A stretch of DNA of 64,000 nucleotides from a virus (lineage: Duplodnaviria; Caudoviricetes): IMG/VR virus record IMGVR_UViG_3300044557_000104, positions 32,001 through 96,000 of that record, one strand, 5' to 3'. The notes below the pieces were generated by a model. The model had not been told where the DNA came from and ran no database searches. It saw only the letters and a program-made list of their open reading frames with translations. The position numbers and the translations under genes are program-made. Positions 27,719 to 39,077 of the stretch are shown here, piece by piece (positions within the stretch are counted from its first letter, which is position 1; each line of letters starts with the position of its first letter).

Positions 27719-30301
27719 ATGAGAAATTTATATACACTTAAAGCAAATATGACCATTACTTTTTATACTGTAGATGGATCATATCCTGTTGTATCTCGTG
27801 CAGTTGATAATCAAGTTAGTCCGGGTTCACACCAAGCATTTTATAATGGATTAATATCATTTCAAACTAAAAATGATACTAGCGAAGATATTCCTACAGC
27901 AACCATTGTATTAACTGATGACTATGACTGGTCATCTATTCTAGTTCCTAATGACTATGTGGTAATTACTGCTGGTTATCGTGGAGACATGCCATACTCT
28001 GATAAAAACACAACTGTTAACAGTACTCTTTACTGTGGACTAGTTACTGATATCATGAAGACTGGTAGCTACGGGGATAATAATGCTAACAGAACCTTTA
28101 CCATTACAGTACAAGGAATGGCCAAGGTTCTACAAAGTATGAACCTATCTACTTTCTCTGAAATTACATCTACATTAAATGGATACCAAATGTTACCTGA
28201 TGATGAAAAGACAGGGATTGCTTTTTCCGGTAAGTCCTCTGCTGTTTTAATTGATGAAGTTTTAAAAAAGTTTATTCTTAACAACAATGAGTATACAAAG
28301 TATTTATTCCAAGATGAAAATGGTCAACAGTTCTCATTGGAATCATTACTACAAACACAATTGCAACCTAACACAGATGAAGCCTTTGCAAGTAATAGTA
28401 ATAATCAGTTTATGAACTATAATGGTACTATTCTGCAAATGGTTAAAGATATGGCTGTACGCCCTTTTAATGAGTTATATTGGACACATGAGCAAGGTGT
28501 AGCTACTCTTCATTATCGACCAACACCATTTGAGCAGTCTGAATGGACAGCATTAGAAGAGATCGACCTTAGTTCAGATAACATTATTTCTGAGGAAGTA
28601 CGTGCTAATGATGCTGAGCAGAGTTCTATTTTTAAACTATTAGCCACTGATGATGCAGGTTCACAATTAACAACTACTGGATTTTCTGGATCAATTTATC
28701 CATTAACTAATAGAGCGTTGATTCAACGATATGGGTATAAAACAATGGAAGTTCAAACCCCATATTTCAGTGGTGAATCTAACTCTGATGATTCCTCCTA
28801 TGGTGGAACTAGTGAAGCTGGTAAAGGTAAGACTGAATCAGAAGCTCAACTTCATTATCCCTCATATGGTAATATTCAAGATTACTTTGCTTTAGCTCGT
28901 GGAGTAAATGGAACAGATGATTATGATGTGCCCCCAGAACATGGTGGCAACCACACTTATGATTCCTTGTTAAGTTCACTTAAAGGTGGGGCTAGTCAAT
29001 CAGCATTTGTATCACAAGCTACTGATACTGGATTTATATCAGAGACACAAGCTAACAACTTATATGCTAAATATAAATCTTCTGGTAATGGAACTCTCAA
29101 TAAACAAGCGTACCTTTCGATCGTTGCACCTAACTATAATCCGACATCTACTAATGTTAGTTACAGCTCTACTTATTTAAAGAGTGTTAGTAAAATGAAA
29201 GATGACCCGGAGAAAGCTGCCATGGAGCTTATGCAGGAATCTAAATATACCTTGGGTTCTAAGCAGGCTTATGATCTAGTACAGGCAGCTATTGCAAGCA
29301 AGGGTAATGTAAGTAAGGCAACCTACCAAAAGATACTTGGTGAAGGTTATAACGCTAAACAAGATGGTGTTGACATATTATCAGCAGATGGTAGTGGGAA
29401 TCAAGACGCTGTTTCTCTACTTTTCCAAATGTATACACAAAAACTATTTAACTGGTATGCAGATAACAGTAAGTTTCACTCAGGAACAATTACAGTGCAA
29501 GGAACATTAGGCATCGAAAATGGTAAGCGTCTAGTGGTCTATGACAACAAAGAAAAAGTATACTGGGAGTACTATATTGAGTCAGTAGGGCATAACTTTA
29601 GTTACACTCAAGGCTGGACAACTCAAATTGGTGTTACCCGTGGGTTAGCCTTACCTAATCAAGGTGATACTACTAGGCGTTATGGATTCCCTTATAGTTT
29701 TTGGGGAACCTATGAACAATTTGTTGGTGGATACTTTGGTGAACAATCTATGGCTGATGCTGTGGCTGCTGCTGATTCTGCTAGTGGAGGTAGTGATGAT
29801 ACCTCTGGTGGTAGTGTTAGTGGTGGTGGAGATGATAAGTTTAGTTCTGGGGGTAAAACAGCTACAAAGGCTGTTGAACTAGCTAGTGGATTGAGTAAAA
29901 AAGCTGGAGCTGGTAGCTATAATCAAAGTTATCATACCCAAGACCCGTTTAATATGAGTAGTCCAAAAGGTGATTGTTCTAGTCTTGTGTACTTTGCATA
30001 TAAACACGCAGGCGTTAATTTAAGCAATGGTGGATGGACTACATGGAAACTGGCTAAAAGTGATAAACTAAAAACTATTGGTAGCTCTGGTAGTAATAAA
30101 GATGATGTTTATAAAAAGATGCACGTTGGTGACTTAATATTTTTCAAGACAACTGCAAAAGATGATAGCCATGTTGGGTTAGTTATGAGTGATGGAATCA
30201 TTGCTTGGAATACTAAAAAGGGGGTCTCTACCTTCTCATTAAAGAGTTCAAATTATTGGTGGAATGCGTGGAGGGGTCATTGCATGAGACTAAAAGAGTA
30301 A
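27719..30301 (+). CDS. Baseplate hub / tail-associated lysin with C-terminal NlpC/P60 peptidase
   Basis: RPFNELY, RPTPF, FNWYADN hub motifs; DCSSLV, GDLIFF and HVG NlpC/P60 motifs. Confidence 0.85.
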   Translation: MRNLYTLKANMTITFYTVDGSYPVVSRAVDNQVSPGSHQAFYNGLISFQTKNDTSEDIPTATIVLTDDYDWSSILVPNDYVVITAGYRGDMPYSDKNTTVNSTLYCGLVTDIMKTGSYGDNNANRTFTITVQGMAKVLQSMNLSTFSEITSTLNGYQMLPDDEKTGIAFSGKSSAVLIDEVLKKFILNNNEYTKYLFQDENGQQFSLESLLQTQLQPNTDEAFASNSNNQFMNYNGTILQMVKDMAVRPFNELYWTHEQGVATLHYRPTPFEQSEWTALEEIDLSSDNIISEEVRANDAEQSSIFKLLATDDAGSQLTTTGFSGSIYPLTNRALIQRYGYKTMEVQTPYFSGESNSDDSSYGGTSEAGKGKTESEAQLHYPSYGNIQDYFALARGVNGTDDYDVPPEHGGNHTYDSLLSSLKGGASQSAFVSQATDTGFISETQANNLYAKYKSSGNGTLNKQAYLSIVAPNYNPTSTNVSYSSTYLKSVSKMKDDPEKAAMELMQESKYTLGSKQAYDLVQAAIASKGNVSKATYQKILGEGYNAKQDGVDILSADGSGNQDAVSLLFQMYTQKLFNWYADNSKFHSGTITVQGTLGIENGKRLVVYDNKEKVYWEYYIESVGHNFSYTQGWTTQIGVTRGLALPNQGDTTRRYGFPYSFWGTYEQFVGGYFGEQSMADAVAAADSASGGSDDTSGGSVSGGGDDKFSSGGKTATKAVELASGLSKKAGAGSYNQSYHTQDPFNMSSPKGDCSSLVYFAYKHAGVNLSNGGWTTWKLAKSDKLKTIGSSGSNKDDVYKKMHVGDLIFFKTTAKDDSHVGLVMSDGIIAWNTKKGVSTFSLKSSNYWWNAWRGHCMRLKE

Positions 30302-30323
30302 AAGTGTCTATTAAGTATATAGT

Positions 30324-30352
30324 AGAGCAGGGATTAAGTTCTCTGCTCTTTT
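30324..30352 (+). terminator. Intrinsic terminator fused to a late promoter
   Basis: AGAGCAGGGA-TTAAGT-TCTCTGCTCT plus T-tract, then CTATATTA. Confidence 0.7.
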
Positions 30353-30446
30353 CCTATATTAAACTCTAGTCAATTAAAATACAGAGAATAGTATTAAAAC
30401 TATGCTAAAATAGATTTATAAGGAAATGAAAGGCAGGGTGTAATCT

Positions 30447-33400
30447 TTGGCAAATGTAATTATTCCTAAATCAGAGAACCCTCTTAGAATGCAAGCTAGT
30501 CTTGGAGGAAAAAATGTATTTAGATCAACCTCTGGTCTAGATGGAAACAGTTACCTATTATCAGGGACTGTATCAAAGGTTTACTACCAAAAAGGAACCC
30601 TTGATTTTAAATTAGACGGGTCTAATATCCCAGTACAGGTTGTTGAAGGTGATGATGGTACATTTAGTGCCCCTATCCCAGTAGACTTCTTTGGGGAGAA
30701 CTCAGAAGGTCAAACATATGGGCATTACCGGCCAATACAAACAGGAAGTAAAATTGTAGTTGCTTATCTTAGTGGTAAGTTAAATAATCCTATTGTTATT
30801 GGTGTATACCCTAGTGACTCTGCTAGTTATGAATTAGTAGGGGGTATTAGTCGTAATACCCAAGACGATACACAGGAAGATGTGCAAGACGAAGTACTAA
30901 GTGAAAAGCATGTATATCCAAGTGGACAAATCCTATATCGTGCAGGTTCTGGGGATATAGCAGAGAGTTTACAAGGTAAATCATTTAGACTGATTCAACA
31001 AGATTCTATGGGGTATATGGACGACATTTGGTATACCTATGATGCTCTAGGGCTATTTAATGATGGTAATAATGATCCAATTACATCTAAACAAACATTG
31101 GCTGGATCATGGTTATTAGTTCATGAAGATAATAACCAAGCTAATGATGAAGCAGATGGACATATGACTCGCTTCTATGTTGATCCACACGGTAAATTCC
31201 AGATGGTCTTTGGTAACTATAATGATGCAAGTAACCTTGCAGTCTTAGAAGGTTCTAAAGATGCTGGATTCACCTTAACTAAGTTTTATGATAGTAATGA
31301 ACCAACAGATAGCTCAAAAGACTATGTAATGATGACCCTTGGTGATGAAAACAAGTCAATTAAGTTTACTGCTAGTTCAGAAGCAGAATCTGCTGATCAA
31401 TCATCTACTCTAGAAGTTAAGTCTGATGATGTCTATGTGAACGGTAAGAAACTTAGTGATTACATTAATGGAGTCACTAATATTGATGATGCTCTTAAAA
31501 ACTCAGATGAATACAATAGTACTAAAGACAAAGTAAATCAAGCTACCAATGACATTAGTGAATTATCTAAGCAAACAAGTGAAGCAGGAATTGTTGCGAG
31601 CCAAGCAGCAGAACAGGCTTCTCAAGCTGGTGAAGCCGCAGCTCAAGCTGGTGTAGATGCTAAAGCAGCAGGTCAAGCAGCATTAGACGGTGCTAATGAT
31701 ATCAAGAATAAAATTATTTACTATACCTCTATCTCACCTGAATCTGATGGAGACAATTATATTCCGGGTAAGTTTATTCATCTAACTACAACTACACTGA
31801 TTGATGAAGGTATTATTAAAAATGCCTATATTGAAAATGAAGCTGTTGATAACTCTAAGATTGCTAATCTAGCTGTTGATAGCGGTAAGATTACAGACTT
31901 AGCTGTTACTACTAGTAAAATTGCTAACTTAGCTGTTAACTCTGCACAGATTGCAGACTTGGCTGTTACAGATGCTAAGGTTGGTACCCTTAGTTTTGAC
32001 CACATGATTGGACAGACATTAGATGCTAGTCAAATTAATGTGGTTAACTTAAAGGGTGAAAGCATTGAAGCTGGAACTATCAGAGCGGATAAACTTATTA
32101 TTAATTCACTTGGTGAAATAACAAGTAATTTAGGTAGTGTTACTAACGGTGAAATTAATGCTGGTACTGATAGTAGTAGCTCAGTTGTCATTAAGAATCT
32201 ACCAGCTGATAATCCTAATGAATATACACCACAAAAGAAATCAGATTTAAAACACCAGATTGCTGTGGTAGAATCACAAGCCAATGCTGCAATTTCATAT
32301 GGCAATTCAACTGGTAATGATGTTACTGATGTTACTAAAGCTCGTGACGCTCTACTTAGTGGTACCTCAGAGTTGTTAGCAGATATGACAGCTACTACTT
32401 CTGCTAATGCAGATGATATTAGTAAGTTAATAAAAGCAGTTTCTGATGCTGTAACTGCATTTCAGAATACCGTTAATAGTTCACTATCAGCTAAAATTGG
32501 GTCAACTGCTGATGGTAAGAATGCCATTTATACAGGTACTAAAGCCCCTGCTTCCCCACATGAAAATGATATGTGGTTAAAAGATAATGGTGATGGCACA
32601 GTTAATATTCAGATTTATGGTAGTGGTGCTTGGTATACCCCAGCTCAACAAGCTATTCAACAAGTAGCAGACAAGGTAGATACATTGCCTAAATCATATT
32701 TTAGCATATCAATGCCAACAGGTACTGATTATAAAGATGGTGATTTATGGTATAAAACGACTACTGATAAAGATACTAACCGAATTGTATATACTGCATA
32801 TAAATGGAATCATGATACTAATACTTGGGAACCTATGCTTGATCAAAATTCAAGTAAGAACTATGTAGGTTCTGAACCAGCTAGTCCGCTGGAAGGTGAC
32901 TTTTGGATGGACAATGGTGTTCTCAAACAGTACCAATCTGGTACATGGACAACTATTCCTACTAAGGGTGATGATGGTGTAGCTGGTACTACTTACTACA
33001 CTCATATTGCTTATGCAAATAGTGCAGATGGAAAAACTGATTTTAGCACTACTGCATTTACTGGATCAATCTACATTGGTCTGCTGAGTGATACAACTCA
33101 GGAGGATAGTACTGATCCTACTAAGTATACATGGTCAAAGATGCGTGGTGATGATGGTACTAATGGTAGAGATGGTATTGAAGGTAAGCCGGGTGCAGAT
33201 GGTAAGTCAACCTATGTTCACTTTGCCTACGCTAATAGTGCAGATGGTAAAACCGACTTCAATGTTGAATACTTTTCTGGAGCACTCTATGTAGGTACCC
33301 TTACAGACACGACACAAGCAGATAGCAATACCTATACTGATTACACATGGGCACGTTTAAAAGGTGCTGATGGTGAAGCAGGGGCTAATGGGAATGGTAT

Positions 33401-36400
33401 TGCATCTACTCTTATTGCTTATCAGGTAAGTACAGAGGGGACTGATGTTCCTAATGGTACTTGGGTTGATACAATTCCTACTATTCCATCAGGACAATAT
33501 TTGTGGACAAGGACTACTATTACTTTAGATGATGGAACTGCTAAAGTTGCTTATAGTGTATCTAGAGATGGTAAGGACGGATCTGATGGTAAAGATGGTG
33601 TAGCAGGTAAAGACGGTGTTGGTTTATCAAGCACAACAGTAACTTACCAAGCAAGTGCTAATGGAAATACAGCACCAACGGGTACTTGGACTACTACAGT
33701 TCCTAATGTCCCTAAAGGACAGTACCTATGGACTAAAACAGTTTGGGCTTACTCAGATTCAACAAGTGAAACTGGATATAGTGTAGCTTATGTAGGTACA
33801 GATGGTAATGATGGTACAGATGGAGTTGCAGGTAAAGATGGTGTAGGTATTAAAACAACTACTATCACTTATGCGGTGTCAAGCTCTGGAACTACTGCAC
33901 CAACAGAAAATTGGACTGCAACAATACCTGTAGCTAACCCCGGACAATATGTATGGACTAAAACTGTTTGGACGTATACAGACAATACATCTGAAACAGG
34001 GTATAGTGTTGCTAAGTATGGTACCAATGGTGCTAAAGGTGCAGATGGGTCTGATGGTAAAGACGGTGTTGGTGTATCTGGATCAACAGTTACTTATCAA
34101 GTTTCAGACAATGGGACAACTGTTCCAGCAGGTGATTGGGTAACTGCTATTCCAACAGTTCCAGCAGGTAAATTTCTCTGGACTAAGACAGTATTTAAAT
34201 ATACGGATAACACAAATAGCACTGCTTATAGTGTATCCAGTGCTGGTACTAATGGTACTAACGGTAAAGATGGATCTGATGGTAAAGATGGGCGTGGAAT
34301 TAAATCCTCTAGTATAGCTTATCAATTAAGTAACTCTGGGGTAACGATCCCAACAGGAACTTGGTTGAGTGCTCCTGCTGAACAAACAAATGCACAACCA
34401 TATCTGTGGACTCAAACCACTGTTTCATACACAGATAATACTAATTCAACTAGCTATTCTGTATCTCGTAAGGGTGATACTGGAGCAACTGGAGCTGCGG
34501 GTAAAACTTATTACACATGGATTAAGTATGCTACTGATTCTAGTGGTTCTAATATAAGTGATTCACCAACGGGTATGACTTACATGGGATTAGCTTATAA
34601 TAAGGAAACTGCTACTGAATCAAGTACGGCTACTGATTATACATGGAGTTTAATTAAAGGTGCAGATGGTAAACCGGGTACCAATGGTACTAATGGTAAA
34701 GATGGGAAGACCTACTACTTCCACATTGCGTATGCTCAAAGTGCTGATGGCAAGACAGGATTTACTATTACACCAGATACTAAGGTTTCTTATAACTACA
34801 TGGGTACTTATACAGATACTACTGCAACTGGGTCAACCGATACTACTAAATACACATGGGTAGCAATGTTTGACTCAACTAAGAAACGTAACTTTACCAC
34901 TCAACCAACCACGCCTTATGCAGTAGGTGATACTTGGATGCAATCAGGTGCTACTTATTTCTGTACAACAGCACGTAATAGTGGTGCTTTTACAGCTAGT
35001 GATTGGACTATGCAACAATTAACAATTCAGTCGCTGGATAGTAGTATCAAAGAAGGACTAAGTGGAAATAATATACTATTAGATACCCAGTATTTTAATA
35101 ATAATGGTATATGGTTACCATTTTCTGGTACAGCGTCTAATGGTGAGTATCATTTTGTGTCAGCGATTCCTACAACAGACTTAGATTTTCTACAGCAAGC
35201 CGTTTCATTGGAGAGTGGTACAACATACACTTTCTCATTTTATGCAAAAGGGACTACTAAGGTATCATGCTTTATTTACAACACGGGAACAACTAGTGAT
35301 TATGCAGATAATTTTCATAAATTTAGTCTAACTTCTAGTTACCAGAGATTTACAATGACGTTCACTACTGGCAAGCCAATGGCTGAACAAATTCAACGTG
35401 TTTTATTCAGAAAAAGTAGTACCGATAACGAAGCAATTGACATAACTATTAAAGAGATGAAGTTGGAAAAGGGTAGTGTGGCAACACCTTGGTGTTTATC
35501 ACAATCAGAAATTACCACTAAAACAGGTGTTTATAAAGGTGTTACCCTTAATGATTCTGGATTAACTGCTACCGCTGGAAGTACAACGGTTGCTATGAAC
35601 TCTACAGATGGCTTCCTTATTAAGAAGAATAGTGGACAGGTATTTCACGTAGATACCGCTGGTAACTTGACTATGCAGGGTGACATTACTGCGGGTAACA
35701 TTTCTGGGGTTAACTTTACTGGTAATACTCTTAATTTAAATACAACACTTGCTATTGGTGCCAATGGTGTTTTATCTGCTAATGGTGGAAAAACTGTTAT
35801 TAATAATAGTGGACTAACTATTAAAGATGGTGGATTATCAGTAGAGGATAGCAAGGGTAATCAGACCACTTATGTTGGTAGTGATGGTACATTTGTTACT
35901 AACAAGGGTGTTTTCTCTGGTGATGTTACTACTAATAAGCTAATATTAAAGGGTAATGATTCTGATATTAATATGGGTGGTAAGTTTCATGTAGATAACG
36001 AGGGTAATTTAACTGCTAAATCTGCTACCTTAGCAGATGGGACTATTAATTCATCAACTATCAATGGATCCGAATTTTTAGTTGGTAATGAGTATTACTC
36101 ACCATTAGAGGGAAGTACACATAATGCACTATCTGCAACTAATATAGGACTAAGAACTGGAACTTCATTTTCTCGAAAAACTAATTTAGCCACTGTGTCT
36201 AATAGTATAAATGATAACTATTTATTAAAAACAGGTAATCCTATTAGGTTTGTAGGAAAAGGGGAGGCTGATAATGGTTCTGATACTAGTGCCACAAGTA
36301 GCACTAAACTTTATCAAGTAGTTAATAGTAATGTTTACGGAAAATTGGTAACAATATCTGCAACTTATACCATAAGTAATGCGATACCTAGTAATGGTCG

Positions 36401-38468
36401 AATTCAGCTTCAACAATTTGGTGACCCTAATTGGTTCCAATACTGTATATTACCCGGAGGAACTTCCGCGGGAACACACACAATAACTCAGACTGTAACT
36501 CTTCCTACTGTTAGCAGTTCTAATACAGATAACTTACGTTTCCGTGGAGAAACTAATAATTATACAGGTGATGTTATAATATCACATGTTAAACTTGAAT
36601 TAGGATCAGAAGCAACACCATGGAATGCTAGTGAGTCTGATAATGAGGCTAATGCTCAAATATCGGGAATTCCTAATATAATCTCTCCCTTAACTGATGC
36701 TGATGATCTTTTATGGAAATCTTATGGTAATGCTGAATTATATGGATTGAATAGTTATGATACTACACCCACTGCACAAACTATAGATGCTAGTTGGCCC
36801 TCTGATAAATATATTGTTCACGCATATAATGACTGGAGTGCTATGCGTTATACTAGTCCAAGTGGAGAGGTATTTAAAGCAGGTCAAACTTATACCGTTG
36901 CATTTAGAGCTAGAACTTATACAGGAACAAAAACTACTGGTCTTACTTTTAGTGTATATGCACTCAGTACATCTACTGAAATAGCTCATATAATTAATCC
37001 AATAATTACTCCACAGTTTACATGGTATCAGGTATCATTTACTTTAACCTCTGATATTCCTATTGATAATTTTAGAATTGAGCCTCACGGAGACTGGAGT
37101 GATACTGGTGGTTCTATATATTTATGTGATATGTCTATAATTAAAGGAAATATTGTTTATGGTGTTGATTTGAGGTTTCCCTTTCAGATAACTTCACAAA
37201 ATCCAACAGATATATCGGTAACACCTGTTACAATAGATACACGTAATTTATCTAGTGGAAGAACCTTAATAATTACAACTGAGGTTTTATATAATAATAA
37301 TTATAGTTCCATTGGGGGAACTATACAAGTACAAATTGGGGACACAATAAAAAGCATACTTGCACAAAAATATTCTATTATAAATGGGTATGAAACATTT
37401 ACTTATAGTATAGACTGGAATGATACTTATCAAGTAGGAAGTAATGTTCCTGTAACTTTACTTTTTTCGTCTTTGGAATCAGGAAATATTTTTGTAAACT
37501 ATGTGAATGCATATTCTGTATCAACCACACTAGATACTAATGCCCCTATTGCAGACTCGTATGGATATATTACTCCATATGGTGAGCTTAGACTAGGATA
37601 TTCAACTACTAGCACTAATGCTGATAATAACAATATGTTGTCTGATACTAGTACACTAAACTATTATGGGGGAATACTGAAACTAAATAGTACTAATTAT
37701 GATACTATATCTGCTAAAGGTATTGACTATAGGACTGATGTAATATATGGTGGGTATACAACTAACGAGTATAATGGTGATACCTTCTACTCATCCTCTA
37801 TAGATGCTTCAGGTTTATCCTATGTTAAAACCTCAGATAATCCTAATATTACCTCTAAACAAGTTGCATGGGGCTGGGATGAAATTGCTAATAGTTCTCC
37901 TTCTGGTATTGGCATGGGCAAGGCTGAGGGAGCATATTCATGGTTTGACACTAGAGACGGATTTGATGTATATCCTAATTTAATATCAAACAGTTCTTTC
38001 CTTAATAAGATAACCAATTGGAATATAAACAATGGAAAATTCTATTGGACAGGTAGTTCATTAAGTGATGGATGCTTTTGTGTAGAGTTTAATAATGGAG
38101 GAGGAGGAGATGATATGTGGCAGCATATTTATACTTTTCCTTCTGCCGGACATTATCTAACCTTATCATTTTGGGCTTTTTGCTGGGACTCTGACACATC
38201 AAACTATGGTAGCCACGGAATGCAATTAATTTTTGAACAGTCTAATGGAAATAGTAATGCAGGTGCAACATTCAAAATGTATAAGCAGCCAGCAGCCCAT
38301 AAGTGGACTAGATATAGTTTTTCCCCAATAGAGATAACGAGTACAATGACATCAAATTTAGATCATTTATCTCTTATGTTCCATACTGATAACGCTAATG
38401 GTCATTGGACATTTGCTAGACCTATGTTAAATATAGGTAAGGATCCTAAACCATATAAATTTACTTAG
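30447..38468 (+). CDS. Giant central spike / tail fibre protein with collagen-like repeats and carbohydrate-binding modules
   Basis: N-terminal OB-fold-like spike region, KIANLAV decamer repeats, GxxGxDG collagen triplets between YLWTKT and YAxSADG modules, several CBM-like domains ending KLE.G..ATPW. Confidence 0.8.
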   Translation: MANVIIPKSENPLRMQASLGGKNVFRSTSGLDGNSYLLSGTVSKVYYQKGTLDFKLDGSNIPVQVVEGDDGTFSAPIPVDFFGENSEGQTYGHYRPIQTGSKIVVAYLSGKLNNPIVIGVYPSDSASYELVGGISRNTQDDTQEDVQDEVLSEKHVYPSGQILYRAGSGDIAESLQGKSFRLIQQDSMGYMDDIWYTYDALGLFNDGNNDPITSKQTLAGSWLLVHEDNNQANDEADGHMTRFYVDPHGKFQMVFGNYNDASNLAVLEGSKDAGFTLTKFYDSNEPTDSSKDYVMMTLGDENKSIKFTASSEAESADQSSTLEVKSDDVYVNGKKLSDYINGVTNIDDALKNSDEYNSTKDKVNQATNDISELSKQTSEAGIVASQAAEQASQAGEAAAQAGVDAKAAGQAALDGANDIKNKIIYYTSISPESDGDNYIPGKFIHLTTTTLIDEGIIKNAYIENEAVDNSKIANLAVDSGKITDLAVTTSKIANLAVNSAQIADLAVTDAKVGTLSFDHMIGQTLDASQINVVNLKGESIEAGTIRADKLIINSLGEITSNLGSVTNGEINAGTDSSSSVVIKNLPADNPNEYTPQKKSDLKHQIAVVESQANAAISYGNSTGNDVTDVTKARDALLSGTSELLADMTATTSANADDISKLIKAVSDAVTAFQNTVNSSLSAKIGSTADGKNAIYTGTKAPASPHENDMWLKDNGDGTVNIQIYGSGAWYTPAQQAIQQVADKVDTLPKSYFSISMPTGTDYKDGDLWYKTTTDKDTNRIVYTAYKWNHDTNTWEPMLDQNSSKNYVGSEPASPLEGDFWMDNGVLKQYQSGTWTTIPTKGDDGVAGTTYYTHIAYANSADGKTDFSTTAFTGSIYIGLLSDTTQEDSTDPTKYTWSKMRGDDGTNGRDGIEGKPGADGKSTYVHFAYANSADGKTDFNVEYFSGALYVGTLTDTTQADSNTYTDYTWARLKGADGEAGANGNGIASTLIAYQVSTEGTDVPNGTWVDTIPTIPSGQYLWTRTTITLDDGTAKVAYSVSRDGKDGSDGKDGVAGKDGVGLSSTTVTYQASANGNTAPTGTWTTTVPNVPKGQYLWTKTVWAYSDSTSETGYSVAYVGTDGNDGTDGVAGKDGVGIKTTTITYAVSSSGTTAPTENWTATIPVANPGQYVWTKTVWTYTDNTSETGYSVAKYGTNGAKGADGSDGKDGVGVSGSTVTYQVSDNGTTVPAGDWVTAIPTVPAGKFLWTKTVFKYTDNTNSTAYSVSSAGTNGTNGKDGSDGKDGRGIKSSSIAYQLSNSGVTIPTGTWLSAPAEQTNAQPYLWTQTTVSYTDNTNSTSYSVSRKGDTGATGAAGKTYYTWIKYATDSSGSNISDSPTGMTYMGLAYNKETATESSTATDYTWSLIKGADGKPGTNGTNGKDGKTYYFHIAYAQSADGKTGFTITPDTKVSYNYMGTYTDTTATGSTDTTKYTWVAMFDSTKKRNFTTQPTTPYAVGDTWMQSGATYFCTTARNSGAFTASDWTMQQLTIQSLDSSIKEGLSGNNILLDTQYFNNNGIWLPFSGTASNGEYHFVSAIPTTDLDFLQQAVSLESGTTYTFSFYAKGTTKVSCFIYNTGTTSDYADNFHKFSLTSSYQRFTMTFTTGKPMAEQIQRVLFRKSSTDNEAIDITIKEMKLEKGSVATPWCLSQSEITTKTGVYKGVTLNDSGLTATAGSTTVAMNSTDGFLIKKNSGQVFHVDTAGNLTMQGDITAGNISGVNFTGNTLNLNTTLAIGANGVLSANGGKTVINNSGLTIKDGGLSVEDSKGNQTTYVGSDGTFVTNKGVFSGDVTTNKLILKGNDSDINMGGKFHVDNEGNLTAKSATLADGTINSSTINGSEFLVGNEYYSPLEGSTHNALSATNIGLRTGTSFSRKTNLATVSNSINDNYLLKTGNPIRFVGKGEADNGSDTSATSSTKLYQVVNSNVYGKLVTISATYTISNAIPSNGRIQLQQFGDPNWFQYCILPGGTSAGTHTITQTVTLPTVSSSNTDNLRFRGETNNYTGDVIISHVKLELGSEATPWNASESDNEANAQISGIPNIISPLTDADDLLWKSYGNAELYGLNSYDTTPTAQTIDASWPSDKYIVHAYNDWSAMRYTSPSGEVFKAGQTYTVAFRARTYTGTKTTGLTFSVYALSTSTEIAHIINPIITPQFTWYQVSFTLTSDIPIDNFRIEPHGDWSDTGGSIYLCDMSIIKGNIVYGVDLRFPFQITSQNPTDISVTPVTIDTRNLSSGRTLIITTEVLYNNNYSSIGGTIQVQIGDTIKSILAQKYSIINGYETFTYSIDWNDTYQVGSNVPVTLLFSSLESGNIFVNYVNAYSVSTTLDTNAPIADSYGYITPYGELRLGYSTTSTNADNNNMLSDTSTLNYYGGILKLNSTNYDTISAKGIDYRTDVIYGGYTTNEYNGDTFYSSSIDASGLSYVKTSDNPNITSKQVAWGWDEIANSSPSGIGMGKAEGAYSWFDTRDGFDVYPNLISNSSFLNKITNWNINNGKFYWTGSSLSDGCFCVEFNNGGGGDDMWQHIYTFPSAGHYLTLSFWAFCWDSDTSNYGSHGMQLIFEQSNGNSNAGATFKMYKQPAAHKWTRYSFSPIEITSTMTSNLDHLSLMFHTDNANGHWTFARPMLNIGKDPKPYKFT

Positions 38469-38479
38469 GAGGTGAGAAA

Positions 38480-38860
38480 ATGGGTGTTTCAGATTTAATT
38501 TCTCAAGTTACTAAAGGAAATAATGATGTAGTTTCTAAAAATGGAGAATCTATAAATTCATTATGGGATTCTATATCTCAAACTGTGCTATCAGATTTAG
38601 CCGACGCAGCAGCCAAGGTTCAGGGGGATAATAGTATTGTTTCTACTCTTTATGTTAACTACGATAAATCCTCTTCAATATATACAGATTTAGACCAGAT
38701 ATGTTTGTTAAAGGCTGCTACCCCATCTGCATATGCACTGGATGTTGACATATATAGGGATATTCATGTAGGATCTTATAAAGCAGATACTGATGTAAAT
38801 GATTCTCACGAGTATATTACAGTTAGTTTAGCAATATCCACAACAAATAAAGGAAGTTGA
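38480..38860 (+). CDS. Hypothetical protein
   Basis: SD AGGAGGTG; operon context. Confidence 0.7.
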   Translation: MGVSDLISQVTKGNNDVVSKNGESINSLWDSISQTVLSDLADAAAKVQGDNSIVSTLYVNYDKSSSIYTDLDQICLLKAATPSAYALDVDIYRDIHVGSYKADTDVNDSHEYITVSLAISTTNKGS

Positions 38861-39075
38861 AAATAACTATGGAAAATAAAGATAATGAAAAATATGAAGT
38901 AAATACAGAAGCTCTTTTAAATTCATATCGTGGAAAATATTTAGAGGAGGTTGATAAAGTTGCCAAGCTCGATGGCGCACTTATATATGCAAAAGCCAAA
39001 CAAAGTATGTTAGAAGATACTTTGTCTAAATATAAGGATAAATACGGGGACATTAACAAAGAAGAGGATGAATAG
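38857..39075 (+). CDS. Hypothetical coiled-coil protein (possible fibre chaperone)
   Basis: Short helical ORF coupled to its neighbours; start may be ATG 38869. Confidence 0.6.
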   Translation: MKITMENKDNEKYEVNTEALLNSYRGKYLEEVDKVAKLDGALIYAKAKQSMLEDTLSKYKDKYGDINKEEDE

Positions 39076-39077
39076 CT

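Noticed and set aside
32965-34870. CRISPR array or DGR template/variable repeats
   Set aside because: The repeats are in-frame protein modules with synonymous divergence; no fixed repeat-spacer period, no adenine-specific variation, and no reverse transcriptase or cas gene in the window
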